From positions 1 through 64,000 of the forward strand of contig JANRLD010000031.1 in assembly GCA_033762915.1 (NCBI GenBank): a stretch of DNA of 64,000 nucleotides, given 5' to 3'. The notes under the pieces are model-generated. The model was not told where the DNA came from. It saw only the letters and a program-made list of their open reading frames with translations, and did no database searches. Numbering within the stretch: the first letter of the stretch is position 1; each line of letters begins with the position of its first letter. The translations under genes and the position numbers were made by a program. Positions 45,413 to 54,958 of this stretch are shown one piece after another. The stretch comes from Meiothermus sp. (GTDB lineage: Bacteria > Deinococcota > Deinococci > Deinococcales > Thermaceae).

Positions 45413-46602
45413 AGTTCGTCGGCGTGGGAACCCCTCGAGGCCGGACTGCTAAACCAGCGCACCGCCCCAAACAGCATAAAACCTAGGTTAATCAGAACCA
45501 GCGCTCCCAGTAATAGGCTGACGCTGGGCTTTAAGAAACCCAGTCCAAGCGCCAAAACCGCTGCTCCTAGCATGACCGGAATGCTCAGGGTGTCCTCAAT
45601 CACCACGGTTTTCTCGGCCTCGAGGGTCCAAATTAATAACGCCATCGCGGCCAGCACCGCCGCATACGAACCCAGCAAAATCCAGCGGGCGGTGTCTTCA
45701 AGCGACCCACCTTTGAGGCCTACCATGTGCACCAGCACGGCTGCCAAGGCCGTAATGCCCGCCAGTAGGAAAAAGTGCGCGTAGCTCCAGGTCATGCGCC
45801 GCGCCAGCACCGCCGCCGGAGGACGGCGGGCAATGTAGTCGAAGTAGATCCACCACAACCCAAAAATCAGCAGCATTCCCAGGCCAAAGCGCAGGGCAGC
45901 GGCTGCGTTGATGGTTTTGGCATCGGTAAAGCCATTAATCACCCCCAACAGCCCCTCGCCCAAAACGATAATCGCAAACAAGCCAAAGCGCTCGGTAATT
46001 TTGGCGGTGGAGAGCCGGGGCAGGTTCTTTTGGATTCGCAGGGTGGTGGCGGGGGTAATTAGATCAACGGCCAAGCCCAGCAGTTTGAGCGCTAGGCTTA
46101 GCGGCCCCTCCACAAAAATGCTCAACACCCATAGCCCAGCCCCAATCGAAAAACCAGCCACAAAGCGGTTGGTGAGCGGGCGGGCGATGGGATTGTGCCG
46201 CCCACCCCGCCACCACATGGCAATAATGATCAGGCGGGCCGCCACGTAACTCCAGGCGAAGGCATCGGCGCTTTTGTCCAGTCCGCCTTCGATAAAGACG
46301 GCCATGCTCGAGGCGGCCAGAATCTGCAGAAACACAAAGAAGCGGTAGGAAACATCGTGGGTCTCAAAGCGGTCGTTGTAGATGGTGCCGCCTACCCAAA
46401 CCCAAAACACCGGCAAAAACAAAAACAAATACTCCAGCACCCCGCTGGCCTCGAGGTGGTAGCCCAGGTAGTGGGCCAACCGGGCGATAATCACCACAAA
46501 CACCAGATCGTAGAACAGCTCGAGCCAGCTCACCTTGCGTTCGTGGCCTTCGGTTTCTTGGTGCAGTTTGGGGGCCTGCCACCACACCCTAAAGTTGTTC
46601 AT
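45409..46602 (-). CDS. ltrA: low temperature requirement protein A
   Basis: WLELFYDLVFV, ERFGLFAIIVLGE, LWWIYF. Confidence 0.9.
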   Translation of the reverse strand: MNNFRVWWQAPKLHQETEGHERKVSWLELFYDLVFVVIIARLAHYLGYHLEASGVLEYLFLFLPVFWVWVGGTIYNDRFETHDVSYRFFVFLQILAASSMAVFIEGGLDKSADAFAWSYVAARLIIIAMWWRGGRHNPIARPLTNRFVAGFSIGAGLWVLSIFVEGPLSLALKLLGLAVDLITPATTLRIQKNLPRLSTAKITERFGLFAIIVLGEGLLGVINGFTDAKTINAAAALRFGLGMLLIFGLWWIYFDYIARRPPAAVLARRMTWSYAHFFLLAGITALAAVLVHMVGLKGGSLEDTARWILLGSYAAVLAAMALLIWTLEAEKTVVIEDTLSIPVMLGAAVLALGLGFLKPSVSLLLGALVLINLGFMLFGAVRWFSSPASRGSHADEL

Positions 46603-46605
46603 GCT

Positions 46606-47193
46606 TTACCCTTGTAGAATTCTGAAGGCAAAATTGCGCCCAATAGCCCGCGTCAGGCCCACCCAGGCCCGCGCCACCGCCTCCAGCGCCGCCGAGCTCG
46701 AGAGCGGCCCCGCATCCAGCGGCTCGAAGCCCAGTTCCTGGGCCAGCCGGGCCACGGTCTGTTTGGCCTCGGCATCGTTGCCGGCCAGCAGCATGGTGGG
46801 TTTCTCGGCGAAGGCGGGTGCGTCCATGTGCTCAAAGCCGATGGTGTTGAAGGCCTTGACCACTCTGACCCCGGGCACCAGTGCGGCCAGTTCTTCGCCC
46901 GCGCTCTTGTCGAAGCTGCCAAAGCGGTTGGTGGCATCAATCAGGATTTTGCCCTCAAGGCCCTTCAATCCGCCCAGCACCTCGGGCAGGATGTTCCAGG
47001 GCAGCGCCACCACCAAAACCTCGGCGCCGTGTACGGTCTCTTGAACCGAGCGCACTTGCGCCCCCGCCGCCAGCAACTCCGCTCGAGGGTTGAGGGGGTC
47101 GCGGCTGGAGAACACCACCGCGTGGCCCCGTTTGGCCAGCCCTATCCCGATGGCCCCACCCACCTTGCCCGAGCCGATAATCCCGACCTTCAC
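46606..47193 (-). CDS. NADP-dependent oxidoreductase (F420_oxidored family)
   Basis: GIIGSGKVG, KILIDATN, VVKAFNT; GTGA overlap with the upstream stop. Confidence 0.88.
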   Translation of the reverse strand: MKVGIIGSGKVGGAIGIGLAKRGHAVVFSSRDPLNPRAELLAAGAQVRSVQETVHGAEVLVVALPWNILPEVLGGLKGLEGKILIDATNRFGSFDKSAGEELAALVPGVRVVKAFNTIGFEHMDAPAFAEKPTMLLAGNDAEAKQTVARLAQELGFEPLDAGPLSSSAALEAVARAWVGLTRAIGRNFAFRILQG

Positions 47194-48032
47194 AGCCACT
47201 CCTCCCTGTGGTCTTGGACGTAGCGCTCGAGGCCGATCGGCTCGCGGCCCAGCAGCTCCTGCACGGTGGGCACCGCCTCCTCTGTCCAGCCTGCCCGCAC
47301 CCCGCCGTAGAGCCAGCTCATGGTTTCCATCACCTCCACCGGCCACTGCTCGGCGGCGGCCTGGGCGCGGAACTCCTGGTCGGTCAGGGCCTTGTAGGTC
47401 ACGGGCTTGCCGGTGGCCCGGCTGATGGCGGCGGCCACTTCGTCGCGGCTGTGGGCAACGGCTCCAGTAAGTGCGTAGGCTTTGCCGTGGTGTCCGTCCT
47501 CGGTCAGGGCCTTGACCGCAACTGCCGCAATGTCGCGGGTGTCGATAAAGCTGGTGCGCCCGTCGGCAGAGGCTTCGATGATTGATCCCGCCTGGCGGAT
47601 GTACTCGCGCTGCCCGGTGTTGTAGTTCTGGAAAAACCAGGTCGGGCGCAGCAGGGTGTACTCGAGGCCGCTGGCCTCAATGTGCTTTTCGATTTGGCGC
47701 AGCAGCACATCGCTATTCTCGACCCCCTTGGCCGACAGCTGTACCACCCGCCTCACCCCTGCGGCCTTAGCCAGATCCACCACCCGACTCACCTGTTCAA
47801 AGGGCAGGGTTCCGGGGAACGCCAGGTACAGCGCATCCACACCGCTGAGGGCTGCTTGCACACTCAAGGCATCCGCAAAATCGAAATGAATCACCTCAGC
47901 CCCTAAAGCTTTTAAGCCTTCGGCTTTGGCGGGGTTGTGTACGCCGGCCCGAACCGAAACGCCTTTAGACAAGAGTTGCTTAACCACTTCGTTGCCGACT
48001 TTTCCGTTGGGGGTGGTGACCAAAACTTTCAT
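47190..48032 (-). CDS. NmrA-like / atypical SDR NAD(P)H-binding protein
   Basis: VTTPNGKVG, LRPTWFFQN, IDTRDIA. Confidence 0.88.
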   Translation of the reverse strand: MKVLVTTPNGKVGNEVVKQLLSKGVSVRAGVHNPAKAEGLKALGAEVIHFDFADALSVQAALSGVDALYLAFPGTLPFEQVSRVVDLAKAAGVRRVVQLSAKGVENSDVLLRQIEKHIEASGLEYTLLRPTWFFQNYNTGQREYIRQAGSIIEASADGRTSFIDTRDIAAVAVKALTEDGHHGKAYALTGAVAHSRDEVAAAISRATGKPVTYKALTDQEFRAQAAAEQWPVEVMETMSWLYGGVRAGWTEEAVPTVQELLGREPIGLERYVQDHREEWL

Positions 48033-48106
48033 GGGTATGAGCCTATGCCGCTTACGCACCGTTGGTCAAGTACATACTTTTTGGTGCGTATAGTATAACT
48101 ATAGTC

Positions 48107-48487
48107 ATGGCCCCCTACCCCGCCAACGTGCTCAACGATTTCTGTCCCTCGAGGCAGGTCATTGCGATGATCGCCGACAAGTGGAGCATCCTGATCCTGT
48201 GGGCGCTGCACCAGAACGGCAGGCTGCGCTACGGGCAACTCCAGCGCACCGTGCAGGGCATCTCACAAAAGATGCTGACCCAGACCTTGCGCGAACTCGA
48301 GCGCAACGGCCTCGTCAGCCGCACCGTCTACGAGGTGGTGCCGCCCCAGGTCGAGTACGAGCTGACCCCGCTGGGCAAAAGCCTGCGCCAGGCGCTCTCA
48401 GGCGTCTGCAACTGGGCGCAGGACAACCTGGGGGCGGTGATGGGGGCGCGGGAGCTGTACGACTTGGAGCAGGAGGGCCAGCCATGA
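48107..48487 (+). CDS. HxlR-family winged-helix transcriptional regulator
   Basis: CP...IADKW, ISQKMLTQTLRELE, PPQVEYELT; divergent from the NmrA-like gene. Confidence 0.92.
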   Translation: MAPYPANVLNDFCPSRQVIAMIADKWSILILWALHQNGRLRYGQLQRTVQGISQKMLTQTLRELERNGLVSRTVYEVVPPQVEYELTPLGKSLRQALSGVCNWAQDNLGAVMGARELYDLEQEGQP

Positions 48488-48987
48488 ACGACGCTGAACT
48501 TCGCAAGCAGCTCACCCACCTGCTGACCGTGCGGCAAGCCCACGTAGACTTCGAGGATGCCGTCGCCGACTTCCCCGAACAACACATCAACACCCAAGCC
48601 CAGGGCTGCCCTTACACCTTTTGGCACCTGCTCGAGCACCTGCGCCTGTGCCAGCGCGACATTCTCGATTACATCGTTTCGGACAGCTACCATTGGCCCA
48701 CCTTCCCCGACGACTACTGGCCCGATTTCTCCAGCAAAGCCGACCTCGAGGACTGGAACCGGAGCGTGAAAGCCTTCCTCGAGGACCGGCAACAGCTGGT
48801 GGACCTGGTCAACAACCCCAGCGTCGACCTTTTTGCCCCCCTGCCCAACAGCGGCGAGCACCCGCACAACCTCCTGCGCGAAATCCACATCGCCGCCAGC
48901 CACAACGCCTACCACACCGGGGAACTGGTGATTTTGCGTAAGATGATGGGGTTTTGGTACGAGGTTCAAATCCCCTCAAGCGAGTAG
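48484..48987 (+). CDS. DinB family protein
   Basis: WHLLEHL, HNAYHTGE; ATGA overlap. Confidence 0.88.
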   Translation: MNDAELRKQLTHLLTVRQAHVDFEDAVADFPEQHINTQAQGCPYTFWHLLEHLRLCQRDILDYIVSDSYHWPTFPDDYWPDFSSKADLEDWNRSVKAFLEDRQQLVDLVNNPSVDLFAPLPNSGEHPHNLLREIHIAASHNAYHTGELVILRKMMGFWYEVQIPSSE

Positions 48988-48989
48988 CT

Positions 48990-49490
48990 ATGCAAATTCG
49001 TGTTTTGGACGAACCCGACCTCGAGGCGTTCTACGCCCTGAGGCTCGAGGCTTTGACCCTCGAGCCCACCGCCTTCGGCAGATCAGCCGAAGAGTTCATG
49101 GCGCGGCCCAAGGAGGAGGTGCGCCAGCAGCTCAGACCAAGCCTCGAGAACTTCACCCTTGGGGCTTTTATGGGCGACAAGCTGGTGGGCCTCGCTGGTT
49201 TCGGACGACAAACTACCCTTAAGATGCGGCACAAGGGAATGATTTGGGGGGTCTACGTCACCGCAGGGGCCAGGGGCCAAGGTATCGCCAAAGCCTTGAT
49301 GCTTGGGGTGATTGAACAGGCCAGGAGGCTCGAGGGTCTGGGGCAAATTCAACTGGCTGTGGCCCACACCCAACACGCCGCGCGGAGTTTGTATCAGTCC
49401 CTTGGCTTTGAGGTCTGGGGCCGGGAGAAGCAGGCGCTGGTGGTAAACGGGCAGTGGATAGACGAAGAACATATGGTGCTGTGGGTATGA
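48990..49490 (+). CDS. GNAT N-acetyltransferase
   Basis: GVYV, ARGQGIA, ARSLYQSLGF. Confidence 0.9.
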   Translation: MQIRVLDEPDLEAFYALRLEALTLEPTAFGRSAEEFMARPKEEVRQQLRPSLENFTLGAFMGDKLVGLAGFGRQTTLKMRHKGMIWGVYVTAGARGQGIAKALMLGVIEQARRLEGLGQIQLAVAHTQHAARSLYQSLGFEVWGREKQALVVNGQWIDEEHMVLWV

Positions 49491-50323
49491 CCGTCCACCT
49501 CCTCAACACCGGCTACTGCACCGCCCACGAGCACATGGTGTTGCGGGGCGGAAGGAGGGCGACCATCCGCGCCCACGCACTGGCAGCGCTGATTGAGCAT
49601 CCCGGCGGTTGGGTTTTGTTTGATACCGGGTATGCGCCCAGGGTGTTGGATGCGTTCAATATCTGGCCCTACCGCGTGTATGGCTGGCTAACCCCAACCT
49701 TTTTGTTTCAACCCGTGATTGCCCAGTTGCCCCAGTTTGGGCTAGCCGCTTCCGACGTCTCTACGGTGATTCTCTCCCACCTTCACGCCGACCACGTGGG
49801 CGGGGTTTTGGACTTTCCCGAGGCTAAGCTGGTGGCCTCGAGGTCGGCCTGGCAGCACGCCAGAGGCAAGACGGATTTCTCGGCTTTGCGGCAAGGGTTT
49901 ATACCGCTCCTAATGCCTGGTGATTTTGAGCAGCGGGCGACCCTAATTGACCGCTTTGATGGCGAAGCCCTGCCGCATCTAGGCGCGACCCATGACCTTC
50001 TGGGAGATGGAACGCTGCGCTTGGTGCAGCTCCCCGGCCATGCCAGGGGCCAGATCGGCTTGCTGGTGAACAACGAGGTTTTACTCGCCGCCGACGGCTG
50101 CTGGCACTCGAGGGCCTTCCGCGAAAACCTCCCGCCTTCGCCCATACCGCTCAACCTCTTCTTCGATGATGCCCAGGCCAGCCTCCAGACCCTCGCCAAC
50201 CTGCACCACCTGCACAAAACCCGCCCCGACCTGCAAATAATCCCCACCCACTGCCCCGAAGTCGCCTCGAAATTAACCCCCTCCCCCCTCAGCGGGGGAG
50301 GGCCGGGGAGGGGGGTGGTTTGA
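49487..50323 (+). CDS. MBL-fold metallo-hydrolase (lactonase-like)
   Basis: FDTG, SHLHADH, PGHARG, AAD, PTH. Confidence 0.9.
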   Translation: MTVHLLNTGYCTAHEHMVLRGGRRATIRAHALAALIEHPGGWVLFDTGYAPRVLDAFNIWPYRVYGWLTPTFLFQPVIAQLPQFGLAASDVSTVILSHLHADHVGGVLDFPEAKLVASRSAWQHARGKTDFSALRQGFIPLLMPGDFEQRATLIDRFDGEALPHLGATHDLLGDGTLRLVQLPGHARGQIGLLVNNEVLLAADGCWHSRAFRENLPPSPIPLNLFFDDAQASLQTLANLHHLHKTRPDLQIIPTHCPEVASKLTPSPLSGGGPGRGVV

Positions 50324-51645
50324 TCCTCCACACCCTCCGTCACTTCGTCGGGGCCAAACTGCGCTGGCAGTTGTTGCAGGGCGAGCGCCTCGAGGAGTAT
50401 CAGGACGTCAGTGCCCAGCGAATGGTGCAATGGGTGGCCCAGCACTCCCCCTTCTACCGCCGCCACTGGGAAGGCCACGACCTGCGGGATTGGAAGAAGC
50501 TCCCCCCCATCGGCAAGGCCGAGATGATGGCCCACTTTGCCGAGTTCAACACCCTGGGGATTGGCAAGGAACAAGCCCTCGAGACCGCCCGCCGGGCCGA
50601 GAGCGAGCGGGACTTCAACCCGACCCTGGCGGGCGCGACGGTGGGGCTCTCGAGCGGCACCAGCGGTCAGCGCGGGCTGTTCGTGGTCAGCCCGCAGGAG
50701 CAGGCCGCGTGGTCGGGGGTAATTCTCAGCCGCCTGCTGCACCGCTTCGACCCCGGCGGCGAGCGGGTGGCCTTCTTCCTGCGGGCCAACTCTAACCTCT
50801 ACGAGTCGGTGCGGCAGGGTCGGTGGTTGCAGTTCAAGTACCTCGACTTGCTGCTGCCCCGGGCCGAAATACTGGACCGCCTCAACCGCTTCCAACCCAC
50901 CATCGTGGTGGCCCCACCCTCCATGCTGGGTAGCCTGGCAAAAGCCTTGCATACCCGCGAACTCCGCATCCAGCCCCGGCAGGTGGTCTCCGTGGCGGAG
51001 GTGCTCGAGGCCCAGGACCAGCGGCGGCTCGAGGCGGCCTTCCAACTGCCCGTGCACCAGGTCTACCAGGCCACCGAGGGGCTCCTCGCCATCAGCTGTA
51101 GCAGGGGGCATCTGCACATTCAAGAGGATTTGGTGGTGATGCAGATGGAAGAGGTAGAGGGTGGGGGAAGGCAGGCAAGCAAGGGCGACCCGTCCACCCC
51201 CTTCCCTCTTTCCTCTAGGCGCTTCACGCCGATCATCACCGACCTCTGGCGGCGCGCCCAGCCGATCGTCCGCTACCGGCTGGGCGATGTGCTGCGGGTA
51301 CGGGTTGGGCGGTGTGAGTGTGGCTCGAGCTGGCGCGTGATCGAGGGGCACGAGGGACGGATGGGCGACATCCTGCGCTTCGAGGGCGGTTCGCTGTTCC
51401 TGAGCGACGTGGGGTACGTCATGGAGCAGAGCCCGGTGGTTTTTGAAGACTACCGCCTCGAGCAGGACGCGCCGGGGCAGTTGCGGGTGATGGTGGACGG
51501 GTGCGACGATTTGCCTGGGCTGAGGGGGTATCTCGAGCAGGCCCTGGCGGGGTTGGGCTTGAGGGCGGAGGGGCTCGAGGTGCTGCCCGGCATCCCCGAA
51601 CAACCGGCCAACCTCAAGCGCAGGCGGGTGCGGGGGCCAGGGTAA
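50320..51645 (+). CDS. F390-synthetase-related adenylate-forming enzyme (PaaK-like)
   Basis: GLSSGTSG, FFLRANSNLY, QVYQATEG, RYRLGD; TTG start overlapping the upstream stop. Confidence 0.85.
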   Translation: MILHTLRHFVGAKLRWQLLQGERLEEYQDVSAQRMVQWVAQHSPFYRRHWEGHDLRDWKKLPPIGKAEMMAHFAEFNTLGIGKEQALETARRAESERDFNPTLAGATVGLSSGTSGQRGLFVVSPQEQAAWSGVILSRLLHRFDPGGERVAFFLRANSNLYESVRQGRWLQFKYLDLLLPRAEILDRLNRFQPTIVVAPPSMLGSLAKALHTRELRIQPRQVVSVAEVLEAQDQRRLEAAFQLPVHQVYQATEGLLAISCSRGHLHIQEDLVVMQMEEVEGGGRQASKGDPSTPFPLSSRRFTPIITDLWRRAQPIVRYRLGDVLRVRVGRCECGSSWRVIEGHEGRMGDILRFEGGSLFLSDVGYVMEQSPVVFEDYRLEQDAPGQLRVMVDGCDDLPGLRGYLEQALAGLGLRAEGLEVLPGIPEQPANLKRRRVRGPG

Positions 51646-51804
51646 CGCGGAAGACGAGAGGGGAAGGGGAAGTTGGGGTCAAGGGCAACCCCCGTGGTTT
51701 TCGGGCGGGGCTTCATCCCCAGCCCAAGGCCTTGTGCCCTCAAGCTCGCCCAAGGGCACAAGAACCGAAAACTTGCTCCCCGCCCCGCTCCCTCCCCTAA
51801 TTTT

Positions 51805-53154
51805 TCAGGGGTGCAAGAAGAAAAACAGCACCAGCGCGATCCCCACCGTCACTGCCGAGATGGGGGTACCGTACTTCAGGAAGGTCACGAAGCTGATGGG
51901 GTGACCGGCCCTGGCGGCGATATCGGCGGTGACGACGTTGGCCGAGGCCCCGATCAGGGTCAGGTTGCCCCCCAGGCAGGCCCCGATACTCAGGGCCCAC
52001 CACAGCGAGTCCATGCGGGGGCCGAGGGTCTGCTCGAGGTCGCGCAGCACGTAGCTCATCGAGATGGTGTAGGGGATGTTGTCCACGAATCCGGAGATCA
52101 GGGCCGAGCCGAAGCCCACGATCAACACCCCCAGCTTGATGTCGTCGCCCATCAGGTTTTTGAGCCACTCGGCGATGGCGTGGAAAACCCCGGTGTGCTC
52201 CAAGGCCCCCACCACCACAAACAGCCCGGCGAAGAAAACCAGGGTGATCCACTCCACGCGCTCGATGAACCAGACCGGGCTGGTGCGCGAGAGCAGGGCC
52301 AGCACCGAGGCCATGAACAAGGCGATCACCCCGGACTCGAGGTGCAGCACCGAGTGCGAGAGCACGAACAGCACGACGGTGACCAGGAAGACCCCCACGC
52401 TTAGCCGCAGCAGGGGCCAGTCTATGGGCTGGTCGGGCTCGTCGGCCATCAGGGCCTTCAGCTCGTCGGGGCTGGCTGGAGCAAAAAGCAGGCCCTGCCG
52501 CCCCAGCAGCAGTTGCATCACCCATATCCCTGCGACAAAGGCGGGGATCACGTAGGGGGCAACGTGAATCAGGAAGTCGTTAAAGCTCTTGCCCGCGATG
52601 GAGCCGATGATGATGTTGGGCGGGTCGCCGATCAGGGTGGTGGTGCCGCCCACGTTGGAGGCCAGCACCACCGCCACCAGGAAGGGGACCGGCGGGAGGC
52701 GAAGCCTCAGGCAGAGGTGCAGCACCACCGGGGCCATGAACAGCACCGTGGTCACGTTGTCCAAAAAGGCCGAGAAAATGGCGGTGAGGATCGAGAAGAC
52801 CCACAGGACGCGGGTTGGGTTGCCGCCGGTCAGCAGCAGCGCCCGCTGGGCCATCAGGGCGAAGAAGCCGCTCTTGGTCATGATCGACACGATCATCATC
52901 ATCCCGAAGAGCAGGAATATGGTGCCGTAGTCGATCGAGCGCCAGGCCTCCGCAGGGGTGAGGATGCCCATGAACAGCACCACCGAGGCCCCGATCAGGG
53001 CCGCCATGGTGCGGTGGATGTAGTGCTCGAGGAAGATCAACATGTAGGTCCCCGCAAACACCGCCAGCGCCCAGCCCGCCAGCTGCTCCGGCGGCCCGTG
53101 AAAGCCCAGCAAGCCCAGGATTCCAACGGGTTCGTGCGTGACCCCTTGTTCCAT
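51805..53154 (-). CDS. ArsB/NhaD-superfamily (P-protein / SLC13-like) permease
   Basis: SAFLDNVTT, ASNVGGTTTLIGDPPN, GGNLTLIGASAN; TATAAT 7 nt upstream. Confidence 0.9.
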   Translation of the reverse strand: MEQGVTHEPVGILGLLGFHGPPEQLAGWALAVFAGTYMLIFLEHYIHRTMAALIGASVVLFMGILTPAEAWRSIDYGTIFLLFGMMMIVSIMTKSGFFALMAQRALLLTGGNPTRVLWVFSILTAIFSAFLDNVTTVLFMAPVVLHLCLRLRLPPVPFLVAVVLASNVGGTTTLIGDPPNIIIGSIAGKSFNDFLIHVAPYVIPAFVAGIWVMQLLLGRQGLLFAPASPDELKALMADEPDQPIDWPLLRLSVGVFLVTVVLFVLSHSVLHLESGVIALFMASVLALLSRTSPVWFIERVEWITLVFFAGLFVVVGALEHTGVFHAIAEWLKNLMGDDIKLGVLIVGFGSALISGFVDNIPYTISMSYVLRDLEQTLGPRMDSLWWALSIGACLGGNLTLIGASANVVTADIAARAGHPISFVTFLKYGTPISAVTVGIALVLFFFLHP

Positions 53155-53271
53155 GCCAAGGATTATATGTTCTCTGGACTACAGTTGACGAGGGACACCA
53201 GATTCCCGAGCATGAGATAAACCCTTCATGAACGCAAAATTTGCCAAATTTGTCGTATAATTGGCGTTACC

Positions 53272-54372
53272 ATGCGGATAATCGCCCTGTTGGTCTGGTT
53301 TTTTGCGTCAGTCATGGCCCAAACGCCCACCGACGCCGGCCGCGTACCCCAGACCCCGGCGGCCGCCAGCAGCCACACCGTCCAACAAGGCGACACCCTC
53401 TTCTCCATCGCCCGCCGCTACAGCACCACCGTCGAGGTGATCCAGCGTCTGAACGGCCTCGAGGGCACCGCCCTCAGGCTGGGTCAGGTCCTGCGGCTGC
53501 CGCTGCCGGTCGTCCAACACACCGTCCAGCGCGGCGACACCCTTTTCTCCATCGCCCGCCGCTACGGCTCAAACGTCGAGGCCATCCGCACCGAGAACAA
53601 GCTCGTGGGCAACACCCTCAGCCTAGGCCAAGTCTTGCGGATTCCGCAAACCACCCTTACTCAGGCCGCTCAGCCCACCGCCCCGGCAAAGCCCCCGACC
53701 CCCCAACCCCAACCTGCCGCCCCCGTCGCCCCGTCTCCCCAACCCGTTCCCCAGGCCGTCAACACCCCACCCCCCGGCGGCTCCAACGTCAACCTGGTGC
53801 GGCCCGCCGCACTGCCCAACACGCCTGTTCCAGCCAGCGCCCAGCCGGTCGCGCAGCCGAGGCTCGAGGCCACCCAGCCCGCTCAGCCCCCTGCCAGCGC
53901 ACCGACTCAGCCCCAGCAACCCCCTCCCCCTCCCCCGGTCGCCCCCTCCCCCCCGCCCGCCTCCACCCAGGCCGCCGACACCGACTACGACCCCAACAGC
54001 CCCCTCATCCCGGTGGTGCTGCGTTACCTGGGGCTGCCCTACGTCTACGGGGCCAACTCCGACCGGGCGGTGGACTGCTCAGCCTTCGTGCAGCAGGTCT
54101 TCTCCGAACTGGGGGTACGGGTGCCCCGCACCAGCCGCGAGCAGTTCGCGGCCTTCCCCGCCGTCACTGGGGCCATGCGCCAGGGAGACTTGGTGTTCTT
54201 CAGTTTCGGCGGCAGCCAGATAGACCACGTGGGCATCTACCTGGGCCGGGGCGTCTTCGCCCACGCCAACAGCTACGGAAGCCGGGTGGTGATCGAGAGC
54301 CTGGACAGCCCGTACTACAGGAAGGTTTTCCGGGGGGCCAAGCGGGTCGAGGTGCAGTTAACCGGGAAGTAG
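53272..54372 (+). CDS. LysM(x2)-NlpC/P60 peptidoglycan endopeptidase
   Basis: two HTVQxGDTLFSIARRY repeats, Pro-rich linker, DCSAF, DHVGIY. Confidence 0.93.
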   Translation: MRIIALLVWFFASVMAQTPTDAGRVPQTPAAASSHTVQQGDTLFSIARRYSTTVEVIQRLNGLEGTALRLGQVLRLPLPVVQHTVQRGDTLFSIARRYGSNVEAIRTENKLVGNTLSLGQVLRIPQTTLTQAAQPTAPAKPPTPQPQPAAPVAPSPQPVPQAVNTPPPGGSNVNLVRPAALPNTPVPASAQPVAQPRLEATQPAQPPASAPTQPQQPPPPPPVAPSPPPASTQAADTDYDPNSPLIPVVLRYLGLPYVYGANSDRAVDCSAFVQQVFSELGVRVPRTSREQFAAFPAVTGAMRQGDLVFFSFGGSQIDHVGIYLGRGVFAHANSYGSRVVIESLDSPYYRKVFRGAKRVEVQLTGK

Positions 54373-54546
54373 GCCCACACCGGGCTGGATAGTGTTTTTG
54401 CCGCAGAGAAGGCTGCGCGGCGTCTCACGTCCTTGTCCTTTACCAAGGCCAGAGTGCCGGTTGTTGCCAGGGCGAGGTGCTCGAATCACCATGTGCCGCG
54501 CACTGGGCCGAAGTCCACCAATTCGGCTTTCTGGATCACCTCGTTT

Positions 54547-54743
54547 TAAGTGCCTCCATAGTTGAAACGCGAGATGCCGCCCGCTAAATCCCGCAGGGAA
54601 TTGCGACTCGGGTAGCTGCTTCGCAGCTATGGCGCACGCCACTCCGCCCCGGGTAGCCGCTCCGCGGCTATGGCACAAGCCACTCCGCCCAGGCACGTTT
54701 CTACCGCATCCGACGGCTCCGCATTTTTACCCTGGCGAACTTA
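54547..54743. mobile_element. family-B element with two GTAG-hairpin units
   Basis: TAAGTGCCTCCATAG...ACCCTGGCGAACTTA; collinear with 44352-44549. Confidence 0.75.
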
Positions 54744-54958
54744 GATGCCTTTATCCTTCGCGGAACCCCGAACTTCATACCGGTTGGAGGGTTGAAGCTC
54801 AACGGCATTCCTACAGACAGATTTATCGGCAATTAGCACAGCGGGTAACGGTTCGCTAACATGGCCAATAACGCGCGTTTATTGACCTAAGCATACCCAT
54901 GCGCATACAGTGGGAGGCGACCCAAACAGGTCTAACTTATCAAGCCACGGAGGTTTGT

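Noticed and set aside
48960..48980. GGTTCAAATCCC resembling a tRNA T-loop
   Set aside because: The T-stem does not pair, there is no cloverleaf, and it lies inside the DinB-family CDS.
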